Numbered from the stretch's first letter, positions 38,186 through 52,670 are shown. The stretch: 64,000 bases of DNA from Gnetum montanum (GCA_015680685.1 MNCI01000357.1:340813-404812); one strand, 5' to 3'. Notes: a model not told the origin generated them from the sequence alone. Translations and numbers: made by a program.

Positions 38186-39682
38186 TCATGCTTGTCATAA
38201 GCTTTTGCAAAATCAAGTTTAAGAAGAATGACTTTTTGTTTTGTGGAAGAAGCCTAATGCATACCCTCAATAGCAGCAACCACATTATCTAAAATATATC
38301 TACCTTGAACAAAACTAGTTTGCTCTTTGATGATGAGGTAAAGAAGAAACTATTTTAATTTTTTAGCTATAACTTTAGCAACAATTTTGTAGATAGAATT
38401 CAAAAGAATAATTAGGCACCAATTTATGATGTGCATACTATCTTCTATTTTGAGTAGTAACTTAATAATGCTAACATTGATAACTTTGAGAAAAGAACCT
38501 CTTGTAAGAGCTTTCTTATACACATTATAAACTATATTTTGAAGATAGGACCAAAATGTTTTAATAAATTCTATAGGAAGATCATTCATACTAGGGGCTT
38601 TGTTATCATGAAGTTCATACAAATCCTTAAAAAGATAATTTTTAGAGAGAATAGTAATATCACCAAATATGGAATGATTAAAAGGAGTAATGACTCCTAA
38701 GCAATTATCAACCATAGCTAGGTCAATATCTTCTTTACAAAAAATATTATAATAATAATCAAAGAAAGCTTGTAAATGTCACTTTTGGAAATGAAGATAT
38801 TACCATCAACTTGAATAGCTAGAATATTTAGGGAGTGTTGTCTCCCTTTAAGGAAATGAAAAAATCCTTTAGTAGCTGGATCACCCATACAAAGCCAAGA
38901 AAGTTAGGCATGAAGGTAAGCTTCTCTAGCTTCATGATGCACATATTTTCCTTGGAAATTTGTAGATTTTGAATTTAAATCTCTATAGCTTTACCTTTAT
39001 TAATTGTATTTTATAAGAAGGAGATATCCTTACTAGTGTTGGATTTATGCAAAGCCATTCAAGAAGCCATCATTTTCCCTGCATGTTTAGAAAAAATTTG
39101 AAAGTAAATATAAACATTAATCCACCAATTTATCCAACCATTATCTCTTGTGGATTTGGGATGTAGATTCTAAATTTTCATTAATGAAGTACACATTGAT
39201 CTACTATGAAGAAAGGGTGTGTTAAAAATGTAGAGATCATTCGAAGTGAAAGAGCAACTAGAAAAGAAAAGGGATCACTAAATAGGATAATTATTTGAAA
39301 GAACTTGAGTATAATCCACCTAGACTGAAGCATCATTGGTAATAGAAAATTGCATAGAAGCATTCTCAAACATGTAAACCTAATCCAACCTAAATGAAAT
39401 GTAAGAATCTCCATGTCTAGAATTACTTAAAATAAATAAATTAGAAATGCTAGAAGAGAGGTAATTTGGATTAGCTTCATGAAAATTTAATTTACTTTTC
39501 AACTACAACCAAAAGAGGATATTACTATTATCTAAACCATCTCTTTATCCTCCAATTTTATCCCCTAGATTCTTGATCATATTAAAGTCTCATGTAATAA
39601 CCTTATTTGATGTAGGCAAGTTATGACATAGTTAGTTCCAAAATAGTTTATGATTGTTCAATTTATAAGAGGCATGGATAGA
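38186..39682 (-). mobile_element. L1 LINE segment 2 (endonuclease C-half to RT N-half)
   Basis: LKLDFAKAYD at ~38195-38225; KAPSMNDLPIEF...LLNSIYKIVAK (38350-38715); DFNM and RLDRF endonuclease motifs. Confidence 0.85.
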
Positions 39683-40966
39683 AATGATGTTGACCTTTTG
39701 GTATGTCAAGACCTTAAGAAAAATGGATAACAAAGGATGTCTATGTGGTGTTGTGTTTATAGGACAAGATTATGGATGAAAAATTCATAGATCTTTGGCA
39801 AGAACAATATTTTGGACAAGGAATTCAAATTAGGAGTGAGAGCAAAAGACTTGGCAAGACAAAGGACTTAAGGACCCACAAGTAAATTTGACATCATTAA
39901 GAACTTGTGGAGTATGCAAAAGTTCAAAGAGAAAGGATAAGGAACAAAGATTTTAAGTGCAAAGGAAATTGAAGAAAGATGTCTCCAAAGAACAAAAAAA
40001 ATCTTGGTTGAAGTGAATGAAAGTCAGAGAGACATCTTCAAAAAATAGTAGACGTCTTGGCCAAATTGAAGATTTCTCAAACAAAGACATCTTCGAAAAA
40101 AAGCAGACATCTTTCTAGTACGAAAGACATCTTCCTAAAGATGTCTTTGCAAAGATGTCTTTCTTGAAGAAAAGACTCTCTCTTGAATGAAGGTATAATG
40201 TAGAAAGATCTCTTAGCCTCAAAGAAGACATCTCTAGTGATCATTAGATAGCCATTGCACAAATTTTGAGGTGATTTTGGAAACATATTGGCTATAAGAA
40301 GATTTCATTCCATTGGAAAATGTGCATGCATTATGTACTTTCAAGTATAACTATCAAGCAATCATTATAATCATCATTCTCTTGCTATTGTTCCTCAATG
40401 TATCATCTTCTATATGTTGTAACTGGTTAAAGTGAGCTATGCTTCAAAGTACAAGGATCAACAAACTTATTTGCATTCATTTCTTATAATTGTTGTTCTT
40501 TATTATTTACCTACAAGGTTGATGTGCTTCTTAAGGGAAGGCATATTGCTTGAGCTTGTTAGGATCCTATGGGATTAAGTGTTGGTGTAGCACCACAACA
40601 CTTCAAAGTGGAGCTCAAGTTGTAAAGGTTGTGGGATCCTAGAAACCAAATTTCTAAGCTTGCTAGGACCTTGCAAGGTTGAGTGGATTCGTGGAATCAA
40701 ATCATTTTGGAGTAGAGCTTATAGCTTGTACAAGGTGTGGTATCCTTCAAATCACATTTAAGAGAAACAAAGTCTAGAGGTGTGCTAGAAATCTACCCTT
40801 TGAGTGTGGACTACCCAAGTTGGGAAACCACATTAAATTTGGTGTGTGCACTTTATCTTAACATTTTTCTAGGGAACTTATTCATCATCTCCTTTCTAAG
40901 TTCAATGATCCTCAAGTGATATCAGAGCTTGGTACTCTTCTTCATCATCAATTTCAAGAGTGAACA

Positions 40967-42640
40967 ATGGAGGAAACATCTTATACAAAGCCATCCATAG
41001 TTGATGGATTAGACTTCATCTATTAGAAAGCTAGAATGCAAGAAGTCTTTGAATCTATGGAATTCAAAGTTTGGGAGTCCATCCTTGGAGGCTACACTTT
41101 GCCTATTGATAGCTCCATCGGAATCATCAAGCCTTATGACAAATGAACACAAGAGGAGAAGGATAAGTTTATGTTTGACTCAAAAGTCAAAAATTATTTA
41201 TATTGCACTTTGAATAAATTTGAGTTTAATAGAATAGTGGGTTGTAGAATGGCCAAATAAATTTAGCAAACATTTGAAGCTACTTATGAAGGAATGTCTA
41301 TTTTGAAATAATCTAAATTGTTAGTTTTGCAAAGTGAATATGATAAGCTTAAAATGAAAGAAGGTGAGAAAATAAAAGATTACTTTTCCAAAGAAAATGA
41401 TATTATTGTAGCCATTAGAGGTATTGGTAAATATTTTCTAGAGAGTGATATCATCATTAAATTATTAGAACACTTCAGCTAGAATTCAGACCAAAGGTCA
41501 TGGCTATGGAGGAAATAAGAGGTTTCAACTTTGAAATTTGAGGAGCTTCAAAGCACTCTCATTGCTTATGAAATGAATCTCATAAGTGAAGGATCCATCC
41601 AAGAAAAACCCTACCTCCAAAGAGAAGGAGCTTAATGAGCATGATGATGGCAATGAAGATTAGATTGCCTTGCTCTCAAGGAAGATACCATGATTGATAA
41701 TAAGAAGAAAGAAGAGGACATATTAGCAAAGATCCAATCTATTCAAAAGTAAAGAGAGAGGTAAAAATTTCTTGAATTCTAATTTAGATTTCTCTTCTAT
41801 AGAGTGTTGGGTTTGTGGAGGAAGAGACCATATGACCTCTAAATGCCCTAGTGATAGTAGGATATAACCAAAGAACAGATCCAATGATGAGGAATTGAAA
41901 AAGACCAACTTTTATACAAATTGGGATAATAGTGAGCAAAGTGAAGAAGAAGTGGACAACTCTACCAAAGATTTTCATCTCATATGCATGGTAGTTACAA
42001 ATGAAAATTCTTTACATATGGATGAAAAAGGTGGTAAGTATGATGAAAGGTATAGTGAACTTAGAGAAGAAATTCTTGTTTTACATTATTTGCTTAGGAG
42101 AGCAAAGAAATTTTTAAATTCTAATCTAGATGCTATTCACACTAAAATGAAAGGATAAATCTAATACATAAGAGTTGAGATTCAACAATTAAACTCTTTA
42201 AATAAATATTTCAAAAATTTTCAAGAAGAAAAGACTCTTGAAAATAGCTAAATAATATGGAGAAAGTTACGTAGGAGGATTTGAGTTTAAGCTTAAGCAT
42301 AGTCAAATTTGATAATGTTATTCATGAGGATAATACTTTGCTTGTTTGTAAAAATTGTGGTGGTAAGCAAAAATTTAACTATTCTTGATCAAAACAAGAT
42401 TGACACTTGGTCTTGTCAAATAGGCTTTGGTAAGCATATTTTGCAACCAGCAATAGCTGAAAATGAAGAGAAGTGGAGAATTAAATTTTTTTTCAAAGAG
42501 ATAGATGATGAAATAAGTGATCAAGGATTCTTTCAAAAAGAAATTGAACAAATAGAGTCATCATATAAAAGATCTAATGAAAAAGAATCAAAAGGTGCAG
42601 AGGTACTTCATGATAGGGGACCTCAACTCAAACTTCAATA
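40967..42640 (+). pseudogene. gag of the SIRE-like element
   Basis: MEETSYTKPSIVDGLDFIY*KARMQ; EFNRIVGC; TYEG; CCHC knuckle at ~41806. Many stops and frameshifts. Confidence 0.75.
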
Positions 42641-42835
42641 ATCTTCTCTTCTCACTTGCAAGCAAGGTAAGTCAAGGTAAGTTTCCATCTCTTTGCTTAC
42701 TAGATAATTTATAAGTATATGATTTGAGAAGTCAATTTTTTTTAATTTGAGCTTACATTTTTTATGGAGTGTTATGTCTAGATCAAATAATGTTTGGAAT
42801 AATTAGAGTATCTCTTATATTCATATTGAGCTTGA

Positions 42836-44113
42836 TGTGGATCATTGAACTTAGAGAGTGGGGGGCGGTGGGGGGGGGGGGGTGGTTGTTTTTGGGGTGT
42901 GTTTGGAATGCATAAGTTCCCCAAATCAACAATTAAATAAATAAATAAACAAAGCATACACAAAAAATTACATGATCCCTCGACTTGGGTACTCCACACT
43001 CAAAGGGTAGATCAAAACCACACCTCTAGACTTTATTGCTTTCAAAATGTGGTTAAAGAGTCCACAACTTGTATAGTCTTTGAGCCCCACTCTAAAGTGT
43101 TGTACCATAGCACCAATCACTTAACCCCGCAAGGTCCCATCAGGCTTGGAAAAATGTGGTTTCAAGGTTTCCACAACCTTTACAATCTTGAGCTCTGCAC
43201 CAAAGTGTTGTACCACAACACCAACAACTCAATCCCGTAGGATCCCAACAAGCTCAAGGAACTCAACCCCACAAGGCAACAAGAAAAAGAAATACAAGGA
43301 ATAATTGAGACTCAATTTTTTGATCCTTGCATAGTTAGGTACAACACACTTTACAAAGATAAAAATGATTAGACAATAAGGTGAAATAGAGAATTCAATG
43401 ATTACAAATGTTGTACAATGAATACAATAATGATTACACATTTTCCAATGCACATGAAGCCTTTTTAAATCTACCATGTTGCTAAATTCATCTCAAATTT
43501 GTGCAATGGCTAGCTAACAATCACTAATGATCATGGAAGACATCTTTCTCATGCATAAGATTTCTCTCTAAATTTGGCTTCAAATTTGGGAAGACGTCTT
43601 TGTTTTCTAAAAGATGTCTTTCTAAAGTCCCCATCTTGGAAGATGTCTTCGCCCAATGGAAGACATCTTTCTATATTTGGTTTGCATTATTTAAAGATGT
43701 ATTTGTCTCATGAAAGATGTCTTTGACTAGGGAAAGAAGTCTTGCTATTTCTAAAGATGTCTTTTTGAATTTTCTATGAGTTCATCCAAAATATGCCCAA
43801 ATGTTTGTTGCTTCCTAGAGATATCTTTCTTCATCTTCCTTTGTCTTTTAAATGCATCATTCCTTGTCCATAGTCTTGACCTTCACATGCTTTTCTTGCT
43901 TAGTATTTGATCCCTATCAAAATTCTTTGGATGTTTGTTTGAAGAACATGTGGATGAACTTCTCCTTTGAGCTCTAGGATAGTTCATTTCTTGTCCTCTT
44001 TAGGTCATCTTGGTTTCCCATGTATGTAGTCCTAAAAACACAATGATCATACAACCATACAAATAACTTATCTCTAATTTACTTAACATTTTGAGCACAC
44101 CAAAATGGCCACA
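42836..44113 (-). mobile_element. Solo LTR of a related SIRE-like family, inserted antisense
   Basis: TSD CTTGA at 42831-42835 and 44114-44118. Reverse complement resembles the host LTR (start tgtggccattttggtgtg; end ctctaagttcaatgatccaca). Carries the same AAGACGTCTT-derived array. Confidence 0.87.
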
Positions 44114-44691
44114 CTTGATGTAATTGATTTTATAAAAACATGTGGTGTAGCATTTGTAATAATTTATTTTAGGCTTTTATCTTGCTTTCAATAGCCTTTA
44201 AATATTACTTAGTCTAAACTTCTTGTGATGATCTATTTCTAAGCTCATGTTGTTTGGGATATTTAACCCATTGCTTTGATGCTTTTGGTATAATTCATGA
44301 ATCTTAAGTAGACACATTTTTGAAAGTTCTTTTAATATTACTAATTGGAGACCTTAGTCTCCACAATTGATCTTAATGATGATCTATAATTGTGGTACTT
44401 TGGTGATATATGACAATTACTTCCTTGAAAAATACAAGATGATCTTAAAATCCCAAGGAAAGATGCACATGTGTAGGAGAAGCCTATTCCTCATTATCTT
44501 TTGTTATCTTGGAGGTCACCAATGTAGGGGGAGTCATTAGAGGCTTCTACTAAGAAACACTCAAGTAGCAAAATATCACATTTCAAAAATGCATAAGAGT
44601 TCATGTAAAAGTATGGTACAATATCCAAAGTAAAACTAGAATTAAATCCTGGTCAAGATATCTTATAGACATTTTATCTTATGATATTTTT

Positions 44692-44812
44692 TTTATTAAA
44701 CATGGCTACTATTTGAGCATCTTTTTATTAAACATGAATACTATTTGAGCATCTTTATTAAACATGGCTACTATTTGAGCATCTTTTTTAAACTTGGCCA
44801 TTTTTAGGCATT
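44692..44812. repeat. ~31-bp tandem repeat, 3 copies plus a partial fourth, in the SIRE 3' internal region
   Basis: tttattaaacatggctactatttgagcatc repeated. Confidence 0.85.
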
Positions 44813-46802
44813 AGCTTGTTTTGATTTGGTATTTGTCCTCCATTATGAGAATCTAATCTTACTTATACAAGGATGTCCTTTCTCTCTTGCCATAAATTTA
44901 TTTTCATGATGCTTTCAAAGGAGTTAAGTATTAACGGAATCATGAGAGATTGGTTTAACTAATGACTTTATTGATTCAGAAAGACAAGTTACTTGGTCTA
45001 AAATGCTAAAAATTTGGATTTCGATAAGGGGTAGCTCCTATTTTTTATGACATCAACCCTATGAAAATAATGCTAAGAGTTGGTTCTATCAAATTACTTA
45101 GTCTTGTGAATGTATGTGCACAATGTGATTACCTTTCTATTTATATATGTATGGGTGTATACTCTTATGAAAAAAAATTTCTTTCCTAAAAAGCCTTAAG
45201 TTACACATTTCATATATTGTATCTGGAGCTACTATTTAATTGATCACTCAAAAGATACCTTGCTTTTGAGATAGGATAGTCATTGAAAATTCTAGACTTA
45301 CTATGAATCTTGGAATGAATAGATAAAGGACTATTCTTGATATAAACAATTTTACTTTGTTAGCCCTATGGAATGTCTAAATGTTGAATCATTTTTGCAG
45401 ATTGCTATAGATCCTTTCATGAGAAGTGATTTAGATTCTTGATTTTTTACATGATGTATCCTTACTAAAATTTTTTTCTCCCTATAGTATAACATTATCC
45501 CTTTTTGTTCATGTTCAAAAAGAGGGAGAAGTGTTTACTAGTTCTATTGTGATTATACTAACCCATTTTCTTAAGTTTTGAATATTACCAAAAAGGGGAA
45601 GATTGTTGACGTTTTGGTATGTTAAAACCTTAAGGAAAATGGAGAACAAAGGATTTTTGCATGGCATTGTATTTTTAGGACAAGATTATGAATGGAAACT
45701 TCATAGAACTCTACCAAGAATAAGATTGTGAAGAAGGACTTCAAATTAGGAGCAAGAGCAAAGAACTTAGCAAGAGAAAAAGACTCAAGAACTCACAAGC
45801 AAAGTTGACATCATCAAGAACTTGTGGAGTATGTGCAAGTGCAAAGAGCAAGGACAAGGAATGAAGATTTCAAATGCAAAGAAAATTCAAGAAAGATGTC
45901 TCTATTGAATAATAGACATCTTAGAAGAAGTGAAGGAAAGTCAAAAAGACATCCTCAGAAAATAGTAGACATCTTAGCCAAATTAAAGATTTCTTAGACA
46001 AATATGCCTTTGAAAAATAAAAGAAATTTTCTAGTAAAAAATATGTCTTTTTTGAAAAAAAGACGTCTCTCCTGAATGAAGGTCTCATGCAAAAGACATC
46101 TCACCCTCAAAGAAGATGTCTTTAGTGACCGTTAACCATTGCATGAATTCTAAGGTGATTTCAAAAACATATTGGCTATGAGAAGACTTCATTCCATTGG
46201 GAAATATGCAAGAATTATGTACTTTCAAATGTAACTATCAAGTAATCATTGTAATCATCATTCTCTTGTTATTATTCCTTATTGTACTATCTTTTGTCTA
46301 TTGTAACTAGGTAAAGTGAGCTGTGACTCAAAGTACAAAAATCAACAAACTTAGTTGCAATTCATTCCTTGTAATTGTTTTTCTTTTTTGTTGCCTTGTG
46401 GGGTTGATGTGCTTCATGCAGGAAGGCATGTTACTTGAGCTTGTCAGGATCTTGTGGGATTGAGTGTTGGTGTAGCAACATAACACTTCAAAGTAGAGCT
46501 CAAGTTGTAAAGGTTGTGGGATCCTAGAAACCACATTTCTAAGCTTGTGGATACATTGTAGTGTTGAGTGGATTTGTGATGTCAAATCACTCCAGAGAAA
46601 AGCTTAGAGGTTGTATAGGGTATGGTATCTTTCAAACCACATTTGAGAGTAATAAAGTCTAAAGGTGTATGAGCAGACTACCCTCTTAGTTTGGACTACC
46701 CAAGTTGGGGAACCACATTAAATTTGGTTTTTGTGATTTGTATCAACATTTTTTTGGAAACTTATTCATGCCCCTTTTCTAAGTTTAACGATCTTGAAAT
46801 GA

Positions 46803-48400
46803 AATTGAAAATTTCATTTGCATAATATAACTAAACTTAACAAAAATACCCTAAATCATCACTACCTTGATCAATAACAAAATCTTGTCATTTGCTATGA
46901 ATAAGAATTAATACTCCATGTTTACTATGATTATAAGTAAAAGAAATATAATAACTGCTAGGAAAAATACACTTACAATAGGTTTGAAGTTTGAATCCTT
47001 AAATTTTAACTTCTCGAATAAAAGCCAGATCTAGATAATTCCTACAAATATAATCTTGAACTATATATCCTATTTGGGGATCTGAGAGTCCCCTTACATT
47101 CCAAGAGAAATTCTTCATTATGAATGAGAAGATGAGAGAGAATCTGACTCAACAACTAATGTCTTAAAAAAATTCTTGAATTCAAAACTATTAACTAAAG
47201 GATGATGACTACTTTATCTTCTACTAGAGGAATGAATATTATTTGCAATTAATAGGGATTTTTGTCCTTTAGACAAATTATTGAAGATAGGATTATCTCA
47301 TGTAACTAAGAAGCAAGATTTTTGAGTAACTTGCTCCTAGCAACCAGTAATTTATTTTGAATTTCCTTCTTAGTTTTAAGAATTCTCTAAAGAGGTAGCA
47401 TCGATATCCTTAATACTCATATCTTTAGTGTCTACCTTTTTGGAGTCTGAAGAAGATGAATTACTTAGAAAGTGTATCTCAGAAGTAGCATTTCCTTGAT
47501 TCATATATATATATATTGTTCTCTTGTAATTATTTATTTACCTATTCAGATAAAATTCTCTCAGCTTCAAGCTTGGCCAATAGCTTCAGACATGAAGCTC
47601 TTTTATGATTAGAATCAAGGTAGGAGTAACCTTAATTTAGAAGTGTAAGATAAGAGATATTTTATGTAGATGTTCTTCCCTTTACATTAAACTCAATTGA
47701 TTATTGCCTTTGCTTTTACATATCTAATTTAACATAAACTTGCTGAGTTGGTCACATATGAAATCTTGAGAAAGACTTCATTCCAATAACCTCACTAATC
47801 TATGAAGTAAGAATGTCTACATGTGGAGAAAATGAGTTGGAAGTCTTGGATATTCAGTCCATAGTAGGAGAATACTTTTGGTTTCTTTTTCTATATTAAA
47901 ATACTCCTTCCATGGATAAAGAACTAAAATGGATTCACAAACATTCCAAATAGACTAATTCTTTATAAAGTCCATTTCCTTAGTTTCAAAAGCAAAGAGA
48001 AAAAAAAAACCCTTTTATTGATTAGAAGTAAGGATTAAGTAGATATTTCTAGATTCATAATACTTTTGAATCCAATCTTGAAAAATCATTACAAGAGAAA
48101 TTTTGCTAGTAAAAAAATATAATAACATAAAGCTAAGTAAATGCATGCACTGTTTGTTCAAAAATATGTTCAGGAAAATCAAAATGCAAAACGTTGTTAT
48201 CTACAACATTAATAATCTCACTATCCTATGGTCTGACATTAGAGGAATCCATTATCTTTTGCTTTTTTCCTCCAACAATAGAGAGAGAAGAAACAACTTA
48301 GGCCATGCAAACCCCATAGGTTCCAAGCCCACATGTTGTAGAGAATCAATTGTAATGGACTTGTATAGTTTGGACAACTGTAACAACTAATAACAACACA
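46803..48400 (-). mobile_element. L1 LINE segment 1 (ORF1 and start of the ORF2 endonuclease)
   Basis: PWKEYFNIEKETKSILLLWTEYPRLP (plant L1 ORF1 W..F...E...PVW..P.LP motif) at ~47830-47915; TWSINS (decayed SWNING) at ~46915. The 5' boundary is approximate. Confidence 0.65.
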
Positions 48401-49456
48401 AGTTAGATTCTTCATCATTAGATACCTAGCTTCACCACCACAATGAACTACAAACCTATGTTCTTTCAATTCAATTCCTTATGAAGTGATTGCACAAAGT
48501 TTAACCACTAATGATGGTGTTGGCTATTGACCTATATGGATCACTTAAATAGATAAAATTTATCCATGTATTGTTCTCATCCAACATAAAAGTATTATAA
48601 ACTATTTACTATGGAAATCTATCTTAGACCTAGATTTGGTATTAAACATATGCAAAAGTTCAAAGGTATTCTTGAAAACATACTTGATTAATCTCTCTGA
48701 GATTTTGATCCTTAATTGAGCTCTTTTAAATTCTAGAAAAAATCTTCCATTTTAGTATATCCATAAACCTCAATAGATTACATAAGAGAGAATTATCTCA
48801 TCATTCTACAATGTAGCATCTAGGTAGCCTTGCAATTCTAATTTTTTAAACTTTGTCTTTTAGTTTTTAAAGTAGTTTACCTTTAATTTGTTATCAACTA
48901 GTTTGGTAAACATGAGAAATTTGTATCTTTCCACCATGTCTCTTGTAAAAGCTACCAAGGAATACTTCAACATACTTGACATTTTTCTTGAATTTGTTTC
49001 TCATCCTTTAGTGTCTATTTTCTATGTTGAATCTAATAGGTTCACCAATCTCACCAAGTTTCAAGCATAGAAAATCCACTAAAGGCTTCTTTCTCATCAT
49101 ATAGATGAGTTCTTTTTTATTTCTATGATTTCGAACTCGACATTCTCTCAATGTTAATTAGAATTTTTTTGAGAAAACGAATCACATAGTATAGTTTTGT
49201 TTTTTATTATTGTGAATCCTTTGCCTCATGCTAATATTATTAAAAAATATTTTTGTAAGGATAAATATTATTTGTTAGACTTTTAAAACATCATCAATAG
49301 GAATAATGACAATAAATAAAAAAAAGGTTCATTTCCTTTAGTTATTATGATAGTGGATGTGTTTATAAGGTAAACATACAAACAATTGTACTAATTATAA
49401 CATTAATCTTATCTTCTTTTATATGGAGTTTATTTCATTTTTTTTAATTCCATTTG

Positions 49457-51616
49457 TGTAGCACCCTACTAACTAGGCTTAGACTAAAAATATGTTACTT
49501 ATAAAAGTAAATTGCAACGTAATAAAAATCAAAGGATGTCAAGATAATATGATAGGTAAAGTAGGAGGCATCCACAAGTAGGCATAGAGAGATACGAAAA
49601 AAATGTAAAAAATAGATAGAGAATATGTAAATAGTGCCAATAGATCTGTATATATAAATCCTAACCTATTCACTAGGAAAAAAAGAGAGTTCAATATCCC
49701 AATGTTCAAGGTAAAATTACAATAATTTAGTATAATAAAAATAACGAAATTAATTACATGATATACATAACTAAATATCATTAAGACATTGCACTATACA
49801 AGAAATAACAATATTAAATAAAGTTATGTAAAAATACTAGTGCTACTCAACTAAATTAACATGTTAATGATATGCCTACATCAAGGATAGATAAGTACAT
49901 AATCCACAGAAGCAACCAAAGGACATTACATAATACAAAAATATCATCTAAACATTATAGCTTAGAAAATTATAAAAAAAATTAGTAGCTTAATCAAATG
50001 CTAGAAAATGCATAAAAATCTAAATCCAAGCATCAACTTCTCAGTTTAGCTCATCATCATTACAACTAACTAAATTACCTAAAAATATGAAACAACAAGG
50101 AATGTAAGTCCTAAAATTGCATAGGAAAAATAAACTATAAGTACTTTCTTAATGGTTTTAAAAGTAGGCATTAGGTAGCTGGAAGGCCTAGCATAGAGCT
50201 AACTACATCTAAAGAGTTAGTTCCAAAAAATCTAAGCATAAATATAAACATTGAATATTTTCAAGCTTAAATAATATATACAAATATCAAATGGATATAG
50301 ATGTTTAAATGGAATTCCACTACCAATCAATCTTAATAAATAAGAATGTTTACTATGATGACTCCACTTATAATTCTTTGTCAAATGCTTATATGGTGAC
50401 CCCCTACTTAAGACTCTAAATGTATGTTCTTATCATGGTAACTTCAAGTGTAAAGTTTCAACAAAAGTTAGAAAAATAAATACTCAAATATGAACCAAAA
50501 TACTTAATATGTTGGCTTCATGCATAATCATAAATTATTAGTACAAATATGTAAACAACAAAATATAGGATGGTGGGAAAAACATATGAATCAAGTGGTA
50601 AACACCAAAGATTAGGGATCCCTAAGTCTCTTATTTGCTAAATAGCTAAGGAGTCTAAAGCTCATATATTGCTAAATTATTGATAATAAGGAAAAGTTAC
50701 CAAAACTATAAAAATGGTTAAAGGAAGGTTATTATCAAAATAGGAATTAAATAGCTACCAACAACTACTAAGATTAAAATGAAACTTTCAAGCAAATTAC
50801 TGAAATTTTAAAAATAGTTAAATATCAAAATCTAAAAACCTAAGGTTATTTTAAGCATCTACAAATTCTTAAAGTGTGATCATTTTCTATTTTTATCTTT
50901 TAGTCACTTTAGAAAGCCCTAGAAGCTATATTGTTGACCAATTTTATAATTTTTAGAAGCTAATAAGTAGGGGATCCTTTTATAAATGTTTGTTCATTTG
51001 ACATGTGTTAGTGGAACTTGATGTTAGCAAACATTGTAGCCTTATAATGAAGTCATGATAAATCAAAAAATAAAAAATATGGTATAGTTTGATTATTACT
51101 GGCATGTTGAGAAATTTTTCCTTTAGCATCATGATCATCTAGGATCATCTTTGATCACAAAATGCAAAAAATAGTAGGAAATCCTAGTTCTATAGTCCAA
51201 AATTTTTGCAAAAAAAAAAAAAATAATTCAAATAGAGAAAAATGTGATCTCTAATGTTCTATGCATAATAAAATCAATATAATATAATTAAATCTCAAAA
51301 ATATGTATAAAATAGATTAGATTTGGTAGAACAGAATCCCAAAACATCTTGTTAAATAGTTTCTTAATAAACCAAACTAAACCAAATTGCATGAAAACTA
51401 AAATTTCATGTAAGTAATATGCTAAAAACCCAAAATTAAAGCATCATAATAAATTTTTCCTTCCTATTTGACAATGTTGCAACTAAAAATTCTAATGTGG
51501 TTAAAATCTCCTAAACGACCTGCAAATCAAGGGAAAATTCTAAGATTTATGATGGGATCTAAGAATAATCTAAAATGAGGTTTGAAGTACTTATAGGGAT
51601 ATTAGTTAATGATGTA
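49457..51616 (-). mobile_element. Old Tekay-like LTR fragment interrupted by element A3
   Basis: TGTAGCACCC terminus (GGGTGCTACA on the minus strand). Non-coding AT-rich LTR-like body. The other end lies outside the window. Confidence 0.45.
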
Positions 51617-52670
51617 TGATGAGTCATTTTGTTGGCTACATCAATAGGTTGTTGTTGACATGACCTTGATGATGGGATACCATTGATGGGATCTCATCGA
51701 CATAAGGTTTGATCTATTGATGCATACTCGTTAATGGGGCTCCCTATTTTACCTATGAATACATACTCACCAGACACATTTATGGCATAAGTGGGATAGT
51801 TGTAGCAAAGCTCTTGCATTTTTTTCATTTAAAAGTTAGAATATTTTTCTAAGTGCCCATAGTAGAAGTCAGAGAGTGTACAGATCTTTATTCAAACACT
51901 GTTGTACCTAAGCATGGCTTTGTGTGCAGTAATAAAGATAAGCTTTCTAATAAACCTTGTAGCACTTTGAAATAGATTAATTATTTCTTTTATGCATTTA
52001 ATATTTTAAGTAATTTATTTTAATGCTTTAAGTAATTAATTAGGATAAATTAAGCTAGACTAAGCTAAATTAAATAGTAATTAATTAAGCACATAAGTAT
52101 GACCACTTCGAGCATACACTTGACATTTGGTAATCCTAGTAATGCTTAACATTTCATAACCCAGTGGTGTTAAATGTGATCAGCATGTGTATTTCAAGTG
52201 GAAACAGATGCTTATGTTAGGATTAGTTAAATGTTAGCTCATTAGATTAAATTAGTAGTTAAATTACTTTATTTTTAGGTGACTTAGAACATAAAAAGTA
52301 AAAAATGAAAAAAACCATTGCATCAATTGCACTTAACTAAAACTTTGCATTTCATAAGTATAATTGGGAAAACAATGATTGTAATGGTTAGTTTCACTTC
52401 ATAGAGACCAGTGTACTTAAAAGGCTATAGGTCCATGGAATTTGACACGATTACACATAAACAGTTTATGATTCATATGGTTGGATGTAGGATCTACTTA
52501 ACACTCATTATTGGCACCATTGCCAAGGACCTATAGTTTGATATGTGCATTATCTAGGAATTAGTGAATATTATTTAAGATCATTGGAAGAAATCCTAAC
52601 GTCACAATCATTCAAAATAATAATAATTCTAATTCTAATTTAAGCATACTAAATTTTTCTTTAATCCAAA

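Larger units (their letters stand above)
39688..46797 (+). mobile_element. SIRE-like Ty1/copia element, internally deleted (gag kept, pol mostly lost), containing an inverted solo LTR
   Basis: ~1.2-kb LTRs at 39688-40914 and 45604-46797. TSD AATGA. PBS tgatatcagagc. Repeated AAAAAG(A/G)GG(G/A)AG-type PPTs at ~45517 and ~45590. gag with DG..F.Y*KARM and CWVCGGRDHMTSKC knuckle. Confidence 0.88.

Noticed and set aside
48400-49450. Possible decayed gypsy or chromodomain fragment
   Set aside because: Only a few ambiguous residues; no assignable motif or boundary.
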